Source: the human T2T-CHM13v2.0 reference genome, Homo sapiens. Taken from it: a DNA stretch of 64,000 bases. Positions 30,860-48,491 of this stretch are shown piece after piece (within the stretch, counting starts at the first letter, position 1; each line of letters opens with the position of its first letter). The notes beneath the pieces were generated by a model. It was given only the letters and a program-made list of their open reading frames with translations. It searched no databases and was not told the origin of the DNA. Made by a program: the position numbers and the translations under genes. The stretch is from the NCBI RefSeq assembly GCF_009914755.1, contig NC_060931.1; one strand, 5' to 3'.

Positions 30860-31782
30860 TTGGGGGTACTCTTAAACACATACATAAAAAGTTTAGACAA
30901 TACATCAAGGCATAATCCATGATCACTTCTGGAATGAGATTGATGGCTATATTTACCTGAGTTTTTTTTATTTTCCACTAAATTTTCTACTATAATTATG
31001 TAGTACTTCAGGAAAGAAGTAAAAATAAGTATTTTTAAGCAACTTCTTCTCCATTGTACCTAGTCTCCCATTTTCAAGCCCAAGTGAGATTATCATCACT
31101 GGTCACACCCAGATGATGGACGGACAGATGCCTCCCTTGGAGAAGACCAAGACTCCAGCTCTAGGCTTTATTTAGTGAGCTTCTTCCTTCACCTCCTTCA
31201 GGTCCCCACTCCAATTTTTTTCTGTTGGATTCCTTCATGTTGTGTCTTTGCTTCCTTTACCAAACTGTGAGTTCCTCTTGGGGTAAGGATTAAACTTTAG
31301 GAATCTTCCCATTCTTTCTAGGTGCCCAGTGCTGGACTTGGTCCATAGGCAATTAACAAGTGGGTGTCATATCAATAAAATATAGCATATTTGCCTTCCC
31401 TCAATAGGTCTGGGCTACAGGGAGCAAGATTTTGTGTGTATATGTTTTCTCCTAAAACACTTCTTGCCTCTTGGCCTCTGTATACTAGCTGCATTGGAAA
31501 GAATACCAAAGGTAAAAAAGAAGGAGTATCTGAATGTCAAATTAACAAAGTTTTGGTTTTATAAACAAATAAGCAGTGAGCTGGGGAAGAGAAGGATGTG
31601 AATACAGATTGTGTATTCGGGACAATGTTGTGCACATGTCATTGTTTGATGCCTGCTCAAATATTCTTGCTCTTATAATTTAGATTATCAGTGCTTCTCG
31701 TTAGGTGAGTTTAATGGATACATCAATGTGTAAAGGATACAAAGTTCTCCTGCATTGTTGTATGTTAAAAAAAATTCAAGCA

Positions 31783-32098
<316 letters not shown>

Positions 32099-35070
32099 TT
32101 CAAGCAACAATACATCGTTAAATAAACTGGATAACATTTACTGACCCAAATGCACCAGGCACTCTCCTAAGCATTTTAGAGGTATGATCACATTTAATAC
32201 AACAATAACCCTAAGAGGCAGGTACTATTATTGTCTTTGTTTTATAGATGATGAAACAGACACACAAGAGCTGAGGTTCTCAGATCATGAATAGCTAGAA
32301 AATAAGACAGCCAGATCTTAAACCCACACAATCTGTCTTTAGAGGCCATTATGGGAATATTCAAGTGGTAGACATTGTAAAGTCAGTAAAGATCCATACC
32401 AGCCTGAGAACTGAGATGATATGGCAGAATGACTTTAATATCTTTGCTTTATACACTTCCATAATTTTTAACAATGAGAATGTAATACTTTTAAAATAAA
32501 ACTCTTATTAAGTATAAATAGAAGAATTTTGAGGTTTGTATTATGCAAATTACTAAGTAGTTTAACTGTTAACTTGGAATGAACCTACAATTAAGATTTG
32601 CTACCGTAAATTTATCAATCAATCATGATATATCCTTTGCACACAGTATGAATGCACTACAGAGTTTAATTTGGAAAACCGTGAGTAATTTCAGAGATGA
32701 TTGCAGGTTGCTACATGTTATAAGCTGTCATTTGCCATTGTTAAAGGGGTAGATTTCTGATTCAACATTTTGAGAGTTCTAGAGTAAAAAGTAGTTTTAA
32801 AGTGCTTATTAAAATATTGAAGTTGGATATGACTGGACTGAGAGTATAATTCTATATTCCTTTATAAGAATATTTAAGGCATTCCTAAAGACCCCTTAAA
32901 GCTCTTATATCCAGTTCTCTGGTATATAACATTTTCTTGGATTTTTAGCTCAGCAGATTCTGTCTGGTAGAAAGAGTTGAGTAGTGAAACAAATACCAAA
33001 CTGGTACGAAAGAGACCTGGTTTTGACTCTGAATCCAGATCTATTTTTCAAGTCAATTCATTTTTCTGTACTTAAGATTCTTCATCTATAAAATGGCAGG
33101 TGGCGGTGTGGTTACTGGATGTTCTTTCCAAGATATCTTCTGGCTCAAACTTGTACAATTCTATAAGCCATGTACAGAGATAAGCTGGGTAAAAAGCACG
33201 AGACAAAAAGACTATGCAATTACCTTTTTATCAATCAGGACTTTCAATTGCTAACAATGGAATTCACACTGGCTAGCTTAAGCCAATTGGGATTTATGAA
33301 AGGATATTAGATACCTCAAAGACTCTCCAAGAGATCTTGAAAAGCAGGTGTGGATGCTACTTGGCAAGGAGCAACATAGCCAGATAGAACATCCAACTCT
33401 TTATGCTGCAGATAGTTACAGCAAAAACACCATTCCTACTGCTGTCTGTCGCTACGTGCTGATCATGCTCAGCAGAAGACCTTAAGCCCCATCACTTCAA
33501 ACTTTCACACTTGACAAGTGATAGATCTCTCTGGGCTCAGTCACCTCCTCATGGGCCGCTCTTCTGCATCCAGACCTCATGCAGGTATATTTCATTACTA
33601 GAATCTAAGTTTCATACTCACACCTCTACCTACAAGAGATCCTGGGGGAAAGTTTTTGTTTTTAATTTTCCTTTGGGAAGGCAGACTCATAATGTGGGAA
33701 TGCATCAAAATGCAGAGAAGATATTCAAAAGATATTGGGCAGGACAAATATCCAGAAATGTTATTCCTGGATAACAAAACTTACATATCCCATAGCAAAA
33801 TATGTTTTTTGTACTTGTTTTTGAAGCTTCTTTTCTTTAAAACCTTACTATCTCACATTGATCAGAGCTCAGCTGTAGAAAATAGAAACCGTTCTGGCTA
33901 ATTTAAGCAGACCGAGATTTAATTCAGAGATTTAGTGCTTACATAGTCATTGGGCGGGTTGGAGGGGCCAGCTCGCAGCTGAGCTTTCAGGAATAACACC
34001 ACCACCCCAGAGGACTGCTGCCTCTGTCACTACTAAAGGAAGCTGAGGAATCTGCTAGAACTGCTGGCAACAAGTGCTTCTGTGATCCGTGCTAACAAAC
34101 TGGCCTCATTTACTGCCCTCTTGAAAGACAATAAACTAGGGTCTGGATGCTGAAATTGTTATGACAGCTGCTGGGGAACAATCACATGCCTTCATGATGG
34201 TGATTGGCAGCAGAAGGAGAAGCAGCAGCAGCAGTTCGACTTCTGTCTTCTGCCATCCAAATCTTATTCAGATGCATCTGCTGGGTAGAATCTAAATCAC
34301 CTGAAGAACCAGAACTGGCAAACAGTCTGGGAAGGTTTCCTTGAACATTTTCATTTGACGTATTTGATAAAACAAATGACAAAGAGTAGGGGAGCAGAGT
34401 GAGCCAATCTGCAATATCTGCCACATTGTGTTGAGCTCTTAGACGGTTGTTGACATTCATTCTTATCCATGAGGTAATGTCCTTCTAAAAAATCTCACAG
34501 GAGGTTAGTGTACTGCATTGACACTCAGGATTTCAAAACATGAAGGAAGTTGCTTATGCTTACACAGCTAGGAAATGGAAGAACTAGAATTTGAATCTAA
34601 ATTTTCTGTCTCCAGCTATAGCAGTCTTTCAACTCCTCACTATCTAGGTTGGGGCACAACCTGGATAAGGCGACACACATACACACGCACGTGCGTGCAC
34701 ACACACACCCATTTATTTGCATGTGGCATATTTTTCTTTTCCTTAGCTTAGTCTTGGGCCCCAGCTTAGATCATGACACAGGAAACACAACTTTTATTGT
34801 GTGTTCATTAGTCATTTAATTTGCAGATGCTAACATTGGCAATGTTCCTGCTGTAATGGAACATAATGGAACCATAATTGCATAGCAAAATCACAATGAA
34901 TCTACTCCCATTTCTGGTCAGAAATATGACTGACAGCCTTGCTTCTGAAATAGTGAGAGCTTCAGATTGGGGCAGCCCAAGATTAAAGCCCATTTTTCCT
35001 GGGACTAAAGCTTAATAGTAGATATAATTCAAATACTGTTTCTTATTAAAAATTTAAGTATAATATTTCC

Positions 35071-35180
35071 TTTTTTTTTTTTTTGAGACGGAGTCTCGCT
35101 CTGCTGCTAGGCTGGAGCGCAGTGGTGTGATCTTGGCTCACTGCAACCTCCACCTCCTGATTTCAAGAGATTCTCCTGCC
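35071..35180 (-). mobile_element. Alu right-arm 3' fragment
   Basis: T tail followed by gagacggagtctcgctct...ttctcctgcc. Confidence 0.9.
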
Positions 35181-35576
35181 TTCACTTCTTATGAAAGTCA
35201 TGAATCATGGCCAAGAGACCTGCACCCCATCCTCTCTGAACCTTAGTTTCCTTGCCAGAAAACTGAGTATGACACCATCTGCCCTAAAGAACTTCATAAA
35301 TTCTTACAGAGATCAGTTACATAATGTGTCCAGAAGTAACCCATCAACAGGAAAATAATAAATGGATATGAGGTGGAATTCCATCCAAGAAAAAATAAGT
35401 TCAGTCTTGACTAGCACATACCCAAATAAGTGTAACAACAACAAAATTACAAAAGGATTAAATAATATGTTCACACATTAAATAAAAATAATGGTTGACC
35501 ATAGGGAAGAAATTTTAGGAATTAAAATTACTACAACTTAATAAGCATCTATAATTTGTAAGTTATATTACATACT

Positions 35577-36750
35577 TGTGAAAGATAGGAAAAAAGCAAA
35601 GTGTTTTTTCTACCCTCTACTCATACAACTCAGTCAACACAATGCTTCTGACACCATATTTCCCAGTGGACACCAGTTGGGTGTCCTCTAATTGAACTGA
35701 ATTCTTTTCTAATTTGAGACGGAGTCTTGCTCTGTCGCCCAGGCTGGAGTACAGTGGTGCAATCTCGGCTCACTGCAAGCTCTGCCTCCCAGGTTCACGC
35801 CATTCTCCGGCCTCCTGAGTAGCTGGGACTACAGGCGGCCGCCACCACGCCCGGGTAATTTTTTGTATTTTTAGTAGAGATGGGGTTTCACTGTGTTAGC
35901 CAGGATGGTCTCAATCTCCTGACATCGTGATCTGCCCACCTTGGCCTCTCAAAGTGCTGAGATTACAGGCTTGAGCCACTGTGCCTGGTCTGAATTCTTA
36001 CACTATCTACATAGAGATAGTGTCAGATTCCACAGGTTAAGGACTCAGTCTCACAATACTGTTCCCTACTTCAGATGCCAATCACAAGTCCCGGGTTGTG
36101 ACCTGTGCTTCTGACTGTCTATAAACTGGGGGTTCCTATCACCCCCTCCTTGGGTTTAATTTGCTAGAGTGACTCACAGAACTCAGGGAAACAATTTACT
36201 TATGTTTACCCATTTATTATAAATTTGATGAACAGCCACATGGAAAAGATGCATAGGGCAAGGTATGGAAAAAAGGGCGAGGAAATTCCATGCCCTCTCT
36301 GAGCATACCACCCTCCAGAAACTCCCATGTGTTCAGCTATCAGGAAGCAATCTGTACCCAGTCCTTTTTTTTTAATGGAGGTTTTAGTACTTAAGCATGA
36401 CTAAATCATTGGCCATTGGTATCAACTTAACCTTCAGCCTCTCTTCTCTCCTCAGAGATAGGGTAGGGGTAGAACTAAAACTTTTAACTCTCTCATCACA
36501 TGGTTCATTTCCTTGGACACCAGCCCCCAACCTGAGGCTATCTAGGAGACCAACAGGAGTCATCTCATAAAAACAAAAGATACTTCTACCACTCAGGAAA
36601 TTACAAAGGTCTTAGGAGCTCTGTGTCAGGAAGTGAGGTCAAAATCCAAGTAATAGGACAAAAGATTCTCCTAGTGCCTTTATTTACAAGAGTTTTTGGA
36701 GCTCTATGCCAAGAACTAAGGAGGAGAGACCAAATATATTCCATATTATA
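35577..36750 (-). mobile_element. MER21-like LTR, interrupted by an AluY
   Basis: cttctgacacca, gggtgtcctctaatt, acttcagatgccaatcacaagtc, tcacagaactcagggaaaca motifs. Confidence 0.75.
35707..35989 (-). mobile_element. AluY-like with a very short tail
   Basis: Dimer, TSD CTGAATTCTT. Confidence 0.93.
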
Positions 36751-37074
36751 TTGTAGGGGAGTGAGAGATCAGCTCCAACCTCCTTTACTTCTTAAGATGG
36801 CTCTTTGGCTGAATCTAGAAACTAAATTGACACCAGGCAGATTAACAAAAGAAAAGCAAGCAAGTTTTATTAGTGTTTACATGTACATGGGAATCTTCAC
36901 AAGAAAGTGTAATCAGAAGAAGTGGCCAAAGCAAGATGTTTTTATACTTTCTAAACAAGGAATGATACATTTGAGAAGGGATGACAGGACCAAGGGGATC
37001 TGGCTAGAAGACAGGGAGTCACTAGGAGACAAATGGGAGAAGGTGGAAAACTAGTGAAAGATAAAGGTTATTTC

Positions 37075-37533
37075 TGTATTGTGGCACTATTCACAATAGC
37101 AAAGACTTGGAACCAATCCAAATGTCCATCAGTGATAGACTGGATTAAGAAAATGCGGCACATATACACTATGGAATACTATGCAGCCATAAAAAAGGAT
37201 GAGTTCATGTCCTTTGCAAGGACATGGATGAAGCTGGAAACCATCATTCTCAGCACACTATCACAAGGACAGAAAACCGAACACCACATGTTCTCACTCC
37301 TAGGTGGGAATTAAACAATGAGAACACATGGACACAGGGCGGGGAACATCACACACTGGGGCCTGTTGGGGGGTAGGGGTCTGGGGGAGGGATAGCATTA
37401 GGAGAAATACCTAATGTAAATGGCGAGTTGATGGGTGCAGCAAGCCAACATGACACATGTATACCTATGTAACAAACCTGCACATTGTGCACATGTAGCC
37501 TAGAACTTAAAGTATAATAATAATGATAATAAA
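37075..37533 (+). mobile_element. 5'-truncated L1PA (ORF2 C-terminus plus 3' UTR)
   Basis: Translation ALFTIAKTWNQSKCPSVIDWIKK...HIYTMEYYAAIKKDEFMSF...WMKLETIILS; G-rich 3' UTR; TSD AAAGATAAAGG(T/G)TATTTC at 37057-37074 / 37841-37858. Confidence 0.95.
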
Positions 37534-37540
37534 AAGATAA

Positions 37541-37885
<345 letters not shown>

Positions 37886-38134
37886 TCAGTCTCTAGTGAC
37901 AAGGGCTATTTTATCACCCTGTTATGGGGAGGGTAGCCTTCCCAAAGGAATCTTCATGTCTTGCTGCATGCAGGAAGGAACAAGTCAGCTAGCCCTTTCT
38001 GAACTACAATTTCTCCAATGTTTTCAACTTGAAATAATCAACATGCCAATCCAGCAATTTTGGGATGGCACTGTTACCCCATCTGGCATCTATAAGGCTG
38101 TAGGCCTTGACTGGACAGTTGGACAACTCTAACT

Positions 38135-38980
38135 CTGTTTATCTTTAGCAACAAGATGCCTGAGATCAGAGGTTCCCCTTTTGTTCACACCAGCTAAAAC
38201 CAGTGGGATCCAAGATAACAGCCCACCTGACCTCTGAACGACCTCCAACTTCATTATAATCTAATTTCCATGCTAAATATCACTCTCACCACTGCCATGA
38301 CAGCTGACAATCACCATGACACCATGACAGTGACTGGAAGAAGCCATGAAAAGATGAAAAGAATGTGGCACTTCAGTTCTGAGAAGTTCACTGCCCATTC
38401 CCAGAAAAGACATGAATATTCCTGCCCTTGTTTTTTTTTTCTTTTTTTTTCTTTTTTTTTTTTTTGGGGGGACATAGTCTTGCTCTGTCGCCCAGGCTGG
38501 AGTGCAGTGATGCGATCTCGGCTCACTGCAAGCCCTGCCCCCTGGGTTCATGCCATTCTCTTGCCTCAGCCTCCCGAGCAGCTGGGACCACAGGCGCCCG
38601 CCACCACACCCAGCTAATTTTTCATATTTTTAGTAGAGACGGGGTTTCACTGTGCTAGCCAGGATGGTCTCAATCTCCTGACCTTGTGATCCGCCCACCT
38701 TGGCCTCGCAAAGTGCTGGGATTACAGGCGTAAGCCACTACGCCTGGCCTGCTCTTGCTTTTAATGTCCAATCCCTTGATCAGAGAAATCTTGTATTTTA
38801 ACCCCATCAACTCTCACAAGTCAAGAAGTTGATTTGTGATCCCTGCTCCTACTTCTCCATTCCTTCTCCAATGAATAAAACTTGCCCCGCTTGATGCTCA
38901 TTCTCAGTTTCCCATATTGGCTCTGTGACAGTGAACAGGGAAAGATCCCATTGTTTGGGGCAACTGAGTTTCAGTAATAG
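38135..38980 (+). mobile_element. MER41-related ERV1 LTR, interrupted by an Alu
   Basis: cattataatctaatttccatgctaaa...caccactgccatgacag motif; AATAAA at about 38874. Boundaries approximate. Confidence 0.6.
38431..38749 (-). mobile_element. AluY-like
   Basis: T tail, dimer, near-TSD TGC(C/T)CTTG. Confidence 0.95.
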
Positions 38981-39084
38981 CATGTCCCTCATTTCTTCAT
39001 TATTACAATATCACAATGCCTAATCTTGAAATGTTTAATAGAAATAACATTTGTAAGCCACGCATTGCCTTTGAGTCTTTCATG

Positions 39085-39395
<311 letters not shown>

Positions 39396-39766
39396 GTCTT
39401 TCATTGTTTTAATACCAAGTCATATTTATGTAGTACTTTATAATTTTCCCAGTGTTTTCTTTGACATTACTTAATCTTCAAAATCACCAAGTGAGGCAAG
39501 TAGTCCTTTCACTTCTCCAACATTCCTACTAATTTTGGTGGCTGTGGCTTCCCTGTTGCCCTGGGGGTAGCAGAGAAACTCCATTGTGGAATCTCATAAA
39601 ATATTTTTTCATCTCATGACACCTACAGGCATTATTTGAGCACAATAAGATGGCTGAAGCTGTGGGTGAATAAGCAAATTTTTTTTCTGAAGTTCATCAA
39701 GATAGACATCTTTCCCTCTCTTCAGTATCTTCTTCCAGTTTCTCCCCTGTTACTTATACCCCATTC

Positions 39767-40358
<592 letters not shown>

Positions 40359-40733
40359 CTCGTACCCCATTCTTAAGAGAAGGTAGAGTAGATGAGGAGA
40401 GCTTTTGCGTTTTATTTCCCATCATCCCACGGAGTGCTCTTACCTTCTGTTTGCGGTCTCCTGGAACAGCTGTTCTGGACAGCCAGCATTATGAATGCCC
40501 CCAGATGGCTCTTGGTGCTTCTGGAATCTTGCTTCTGAGGATTTCCCCTTTCTCGAATTCATAGTTGTATTCTGTGCTCTAGTATTCCAACATCCAAATA
40601 AGAGGAGTACCAGAGGTATACATATCCCACCCAGCTAACAGGGAAAAGCTAAAAGGCCAAATCTCTAATGACTCTACCCTAATTACACAAAGGATTACAA
40701 AGCAGTGAGGCATATGGAGGGGAGAGTGCTTCA

Positions 40734-40945
40734 TGTAACCCAAAAAGTAACTGAGGCAAGTCTCAATTGAGATACAGAGGTTTATTTAGCCAAGGTTGAG
40801 GAAGTGTCAAGGAAAAAATATAAGTCACTGAAGCATTTGTGACCTGTGCTTTTTCCAAAGAAGTTTTTGGGAGCTTCTGCATTTAAAGAGGAAAGAGTAA
40901 GCAGGAGGGGATAAAAAGGAGATATGCTCATATGTAAGGGAGGGG
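40734..40945 (-). mobile_element. ERV1 MER4-group LTR fragment
   Basis: tgtaaccc...ctcaattgagatacagaggtttatttagccaaggttgagg. Confidence 0.6.
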
Positions 40946-40961
40946 TACTGAGAATGAAAAT

Positions 40962-41626
<665 letters not shown>

Positions 41627-41979
41627 AGAGAATGAAAATATTTTGAGCAGCAGGGAAGAAGATTGGCTAAGTTGACAGTAAACAACACACAATTACCAGG
41701 CAGCAATGCACAAAACAGCAGCCGAGGTCCGAAAAGGATTAGTTGGGAGGTAAGTGCAGAAGCCATAATAACCACCTGGGGAGTTTGTTGGTGATGGACA
41801 TACCCAGGCCTACCCAGGAGATGCTGATTCAGAAGATATGGCTGGGGTCTGGTTATCTCTGAATTTAAATAACTCTCCAGAAGACACTGATTCACCCTTT
41901 TATTAGATGGCCATTGCTCTAACATCCCTAGAGGGTGATACTTCTCAATTTAAAAGATAATGCAGGTAATTATTTCATT

Positions 41980-42327
41980 TTGAATGTTTGTATCCTTCCA
42001 AAATTCATGTGTTTAACTCTCAATGTGATGGTATTAGGAGATGTGGCCTTTGGCAGGTAATTAGTTTATGAGGGGAGAGTCAAGATGAATGGGATGAATG
42101 CCCTTAGTAAAGAAGCCCCAGAGAGCTGCCTTGCCCCTTCTGTGATATGAGAACACGGTGAGAAGGCATCATTTGTGAACCAGGAAGTGGGCCTTCACCA
42201 AACACCAAATCTGCTAGTGCCTTGATCTCAGACTTTCAGTCTCCAGAACTGTGAGAAATGAATTTCTGTTGTTAATAAGCCACCCAGTCTATGGTGCTTT
42301 GAAATAGCAGCCTGAACAGACTAGACG
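41980..42327 (+). mobile_element. MLT1A-like LTR
   Basis: tgaatgtttgtatcc...ccagaactgtgagaaatgaatttctgttg...agcagcctgaacagact. Confidence 0.8.
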
Positions 42328-43350
42328 GAAGTGATGACCACTAGTTCAGCCTCCCACACAGCCCAATCAGCAGCCTACAGGCCAGCCCCTGCTGCTGGAG
42401 CTGGGTCATTCCACAGGCTCCCTCCTTGACTTTCTACAACACACCCTGGCTACATCTGATTGGTATATCTTGTCATTTAAAAAGCTAGAATGTATTAATG
42501 GTCTCCAAAACTGTTTTTCCCTTTTTACTACTTATACTAACAAATGGCTTCAATTTTCTATCACTCAAGTGTTCCTGGACTAAACTTCATCTCTCTCCTA
42601 ATCTTCCATCTAGTCACTTGCTAGATGCTAGTTGCTTCAACCTCCTTAACAAGTCTCAATTTTGTCTCCTATGTCGTCCTAATAACTGTGCTTTAGTTCA
42701 GGCTCTCATGATTTCCTATCTGGATTACTATAGTTATCTCCTGAATTGGTTTCTCCACCTTCTGTTTTACTTTCCTCTAGCCCATTATCCATAAATCTGA
42801 TCTTTCTACTTTTCCCAACTAAAATGCTTTCATAACTCTCCAATGCCCACAGAATAAAATCCAAGCTTAGCACAAAGAGTCCTGCATGGTCTCAGGGGTC
42901 CAATTTAAAATCTTATAACCTAATGAGGGATGCAGCCTGGATGAGAATGGTGGGGATTCTGGCAAACTGGATTGCACACGCTCTATGTAGAGAGGGGCCA
43001 TTTCCAGCTCTCATTACTCACTGCCACATCAATGCTATTACATCTTCCACTTTTCAGTATAAACTGAATTTATGCACTATCTCCAAAATTTTAATTAAAT
43101 ATAACAACACTATTCAAGCTACCCACTCTTCAAGACTGTGGACTAGATCCAGTCCAGGGGTGGCTGCTTTGTACCCTCTGTTTTAGACCTTCTCCCACCT
43201 CCATCTGAATAGGTCTGACGTCCAGGGATTTCATAGCTGGTTAAACCATACGATGGATGAATATACATTACTAAAACCTAATCCAAGAGAAGCAAGAAAG
43301 TTAAGTAAACTTTCACCTTCTTGCCCATTCAAAACCCATTTTCTCAGTCT

Positions 43351-43661
<311 letters not shown>

Positions 43662-43847
43662 TTACATGATAAAAATTAATCTTTAAAGTTTATCACAAAA
43701 TTGTTACCTTTGGTATAGCTCTTCACTTCTTTCTCTTTGCTTTATTTCTTACTTCCCTGTAATTGGGAGGCAATAAATAGTCTTCTCTTCCAAGAGAATG
43801 TAGGCAGTCATCACAATAAAAACAGATGAGACAAAAATGTCCATGAA

Positions 43848-43970
43848 GGCTGGGTGCAGTGGGGGATGCCTATAATCCCAGCTACTCAAGAGGCTGAAGC
43901 GGGAGGATGGCTTGAGCCCAGAAGTTCTAGACCAGCCTGGACAAAATGGCAAGACTCTTCCTCTAAAAAA
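43848..43970 (+). mobile_element. FLAM (free left Alu monomer)
   Basis: Monomer with gaggatggcttgagcccagaagtt...gaccagcctgg. Confidence 0.8.
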
Positions 43971-44989
43971 ATTTTTTTTAAGTCAACAAAAGACTTAAGA
44001 TGGTAAGGTCAGGTGACTATTTGGAAAGAAAGTTGGAAGAAAGACTCTGGAGGCGGTGCTCATGCCAGTGAGGCTGAGGTCACCTACTCAATTCTCATTA
44101 CCAGGATCCCTACATGGCAACTTCACCTCTCCACGAAAAGGTTTTCAAATAAGCTGTAACACTAGTCTCCTCAGAAACACTAATTTGAAGAAAATACAAA
44201 ACATAGATTTCTCCACATTGTTCATTATTCTCCACATTATTCAGTTGCATTATTCAGGGGCACCCCTCCTCTGTCATCCACAGTTCATTTGACATATTAT
44301 TAACCTGAGTAGAATATCTGTGATTTCTATGTTCTTAACCTTTTTTGATCATAGAACTCTGGAAATCTGAAGACATCTATGGATGCTTTTTCCAGGAAAA
44401 CACATATGCACACAAACTTTTTAAATATTTACCTGTCAGGTTTAACACATCTACAGTAGCAACCCCATAAGCTACCTAACTTTAGGACTCTCACCTACAA
44501 AATACCCTGGTTTACCCCACAGCAACGGTTCCCTATGAGAGACAAAAAAAGAAACAAACAACAACAACAAAAATTCCATGGCGAACACAATGTAAATGCT
44601 TATCCTTTAATCTCCCTTAGTCTAGTACCTGAACAGGTCACACACCACTGACTTTCATAGCTGGCATTCTCTTAAGAGAAGCTCCCAGGAACAAAGACCT
44701 TTTTTTCGGTGGCTTTTTGTCTGAAGTTTCTGGTTTCAGAAAAGTTGTACTAATATTTAATTTATATGCTTCCAGTGATGTCCTGTTGCAGCCAGACAGA
44801 AAACGTATTGTCTTTCATTAGATGGCCCCTGAGTGGAACCTGAGTCATTCTTCCAGTGAAGAGATGAAAAAGAGAGAGGATGAATGACATTCTGGAAGGA
44901 AACTCTAAACCTCCCAACATGTTGCTGTGGAATTTGTGGCTCAGAGTCTGGTTCAGTGACAGAGGTTCAGAACATCGCTTTTTATCAGG

Positions 44990-45120
44990 GGCTGGGTGTG
45001 TGTCTCAAACCTGTAATCCCAGCACTTTGGGAGGCTGAGACAGAAGGATCACTGAGGCCAGGAGTTCAACATCAGCTGGGAAACATAACAAGACCCTGTC
45101 TCTACAAACAAGCAAAAAAA
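44990..45120 (+). mobile_element. FLAM or Alu left monomer
   Basis: Monomer ending in an A-rich tract. Confidence 0.8.
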
Positions 45121-45408
45121 GAGAAGAAGAGAAAAGAGTTGCTTCTATTAGATCACTTTATGATGTGAGACCCTGGGAAGTTAGACTAATATATCACAGA
45201 ATGCTAGAAATATATTGGTGAATTGGATTAGAATGTTAAGTGTGTCCTCTTCCCACAAGAAAGCCAAGTTGAGAACCCAGATGAACATCAGGAAGTTGCA
45301 TGGGACACACCTGGAAGACGAGGAAGCAGATAGTCTGATGGGCAGGACAGGATGCTTCACCTGCTTGTGTGGTCTATCCCACCATGGGAGGGTGGCTGCC
45401 AGGGATGA

Positions 45409-45862
<454 letters not shown>

Positions 45863-46020
45863 TAACATTATATGTATCTTCCATCTTTTTGTATCCCAAA
45901 TGTCAGCTCCTCTCTGAGCTCCCCCAAGGATCTATTTACCCACCCAGATAAAGAACAACGCAAAATTTACTGATGGTCTTGTAAGAGGGACGGAGTGAGC
46001 TGCTTTTAAAATCCTCTTTA

Positions 46021-46336
<316 letters not shown>

Positions 46337-46573
46337 TTTGATTCTAATCAAGCCTCTAGTTCTCACTCATGGTTAGTATGAAATATAGAGGAACATGTTT
46401 AACTCCAGGGTAGAAACCAGCAAATTCCAGCATGTGAGAAATTCTGCAAGACAGATATATCAGTTTCTTCAGCAAATGAGTGGCAAATTCAAAAAGAAAA
46501 AAAAAAATAAAGGGAAACACAAATAAGAAAATTTACAAAGTACATCAAATAAGTACAATACACAAATATTATT

Positions 46574-46874
46574 ATTATTTTTGTTGGGGGGTGGGGGAGG
46601 GATGGAGTCTTGCTGTGTCACCAGGCTGGAGTGCAGTGGTGGTCTCAGCTCACTGCAACTTCCACCTCCCGGATTCAAGCAATTCCCCTGCCTCAGCCTC
46701 CCAAGTAGCTGGGATTACAGGCATGTGCCACCATGCCTGGCTAATTTTTTATATTTTAGTAGAGACGGAGTTTCACCATGTTGGCCAAGATGGTCTCAAT
46801 CTCCTGACTTCGTGATCTGCCTGCCTCGGCCTCTCAAAGTGTTAGGATTACAGGAGTGAGCCACTGCGCCTGGC
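46574..46874 (-). mobile_element. AluSc-like with a G-run next to the tail
   Basis: Dimer, TSD CACAAATATTATT. Confidence 0.93.
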
Positions 46875-47431
46875 CCACAAATATTATTTAGAATATACTT
46901 TTAAATGTATATCTTACCACCATAATGTTCAGCCAAACACAAAGAATGCATACTTTTGAGTCTACAAACCATTCCAAATCCAGATATTGGTTACCTGTGT
47001 ATGGAATAATCACTGAAGGGGGTGTGATTTCTGGGGTGCTGGTGATACTCTGCATCTTTATTGGGGTCCTTGTTATATTGATACATTTATTTATGAAAAT
47101 ACATTGTATTAGTTTGTTCTCACATTGCCATAAAGAAATACCAGAGACTGAGTAATTTATAAGACAAGAGGTTTCATTGGCTCACATTTCTACAGGCTGT
47201 ACAGAAAACATAGTGACATGTGCTTCTGGGGAGGCCTCTGGAAGCATCCAATCATGGCAAAGGGGGAGCAGGCATGTCACATGGCAAAAGCAGGAACGAG
47301 AGAGAGAGCGGGGAGGTGTTACACACTTTTAAATGACCAGATCTCACGAGACCTTACTATCATAAGGACAGTACCAAGGGGGATGGTACTAAACCATAAT
47401 GAGTAACTGACCCCATGATCCAATCACCTCC

Positions 47432-48491
47432 TGAACTGCCTCTGCAAAATTATGACTGAGACAGTGAGAGAGAGCTAACCTAATCAAATCCATCTTGGCT
47501 CTAACCTTTACGCTGTCCTTGTTCCTTCCTGGGTGTAGGCTGAACTAACTTTGGGAGAAACTTAGTTTATAGTTTATCATTTAAAACAAAGATGATAACA
47601 GCCCTGACATGGTTTGGCTGCTTCCCCACCCAAATCTCATCTTTAATTTTAGCTCCCACAAGTCTCACGTATTGTGGGAGGAATCCAGTGGGAGATAATT
47701 GAATCACGGGGGTGGTTCCCCCATACTGTTCTCGTGGTAGTGAATAAGTCTCACGAGATCTGATGGTTTTACAAGGAGTTTCCCTTTTCGATTGTCTCTC
47801 ATTCTGTCTTGCTTGCCGTTATGTAAGACATACCTTTTGCCTTCCACCATGATTGTGAGGCCTTCTCAGCCATGTGGAACTGTGAGTCCATTAGCCCTCT
47901 ATCTTTATAAATTACCCAGTCTTGGTTATGTCTTTATTAGCAGTGTGAAAATAGACTAACATAAGCCCTTTCCCAAAACAAACCTCCTTCTTGTCTGGGG
48001 ACTAGACTGCCTTTGTAGGACTAACAAGTTAGCCAAAGATTAGAAATTATGGTTTAGGAGTCATGTGGCTGAAGGCTACAAGATTCTGATCCTCCCTAAA
48101 CTGCTTCTAAGATCAGTGCTTGAGATATTTTGCAGATCCTGAGCTTGATGGATCAGCTGGCACCACTCAGATGGAAAAAACTGGCTCATCTGATCTTGTG
48201 ACCCCACCCAGGAACTGACTCAGCACAAGAGGACAGCTTTGACTTTCCATGATTTCATCTGCTACCTAACCAATCAGTACTCCTGGCTCACGGCTTCCCC
48301 CAACCCACCAAATTGTCCTTAAAAACTCTGATCTCTGGATGCTCAGGGAGACTGATTTCAGTAATAATAAAACATCGGTCTCCTGCACAGCCTGCTCTGT
48401 GTGAATTACTCTTTCTCTATTACAATTCCCCTGTCTTGATAAATCAGCTTTGTCTAGGCAGCAGACAAGGTGAACCCACTGGGCGGTTACA
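47432..48491 (+). mobile_element. LTR8-family ERV1 solo LTR, interrupted by THE1
   Basis: tgaactgcctctgcaaaattatgactgagacagtg ... gggcggttaca; AATAAA at about 48366; 4-bp TSD CTCC. Confidence 0.9.
47605..47963 (+). mobile_element. THE1-family solo LTR
   Basis: tgacatggtttggctg...ccccacccaaatctcatc ... agactaacata; TSD AGCCC. Confidence 0.92.

Noticed and set aside
36623-37054. 143-aa ORF
   Set aside because: Spans the junction of two LTRs, has a GTG start and shows no retroviral protein similarity that I can see.
37033-37314. 93-aa ORF with real protein similarity
   Set aside because: It is the L1 ORF2 C-terminus of a 5'-truncated L1PA and has no promoter or RT domain.
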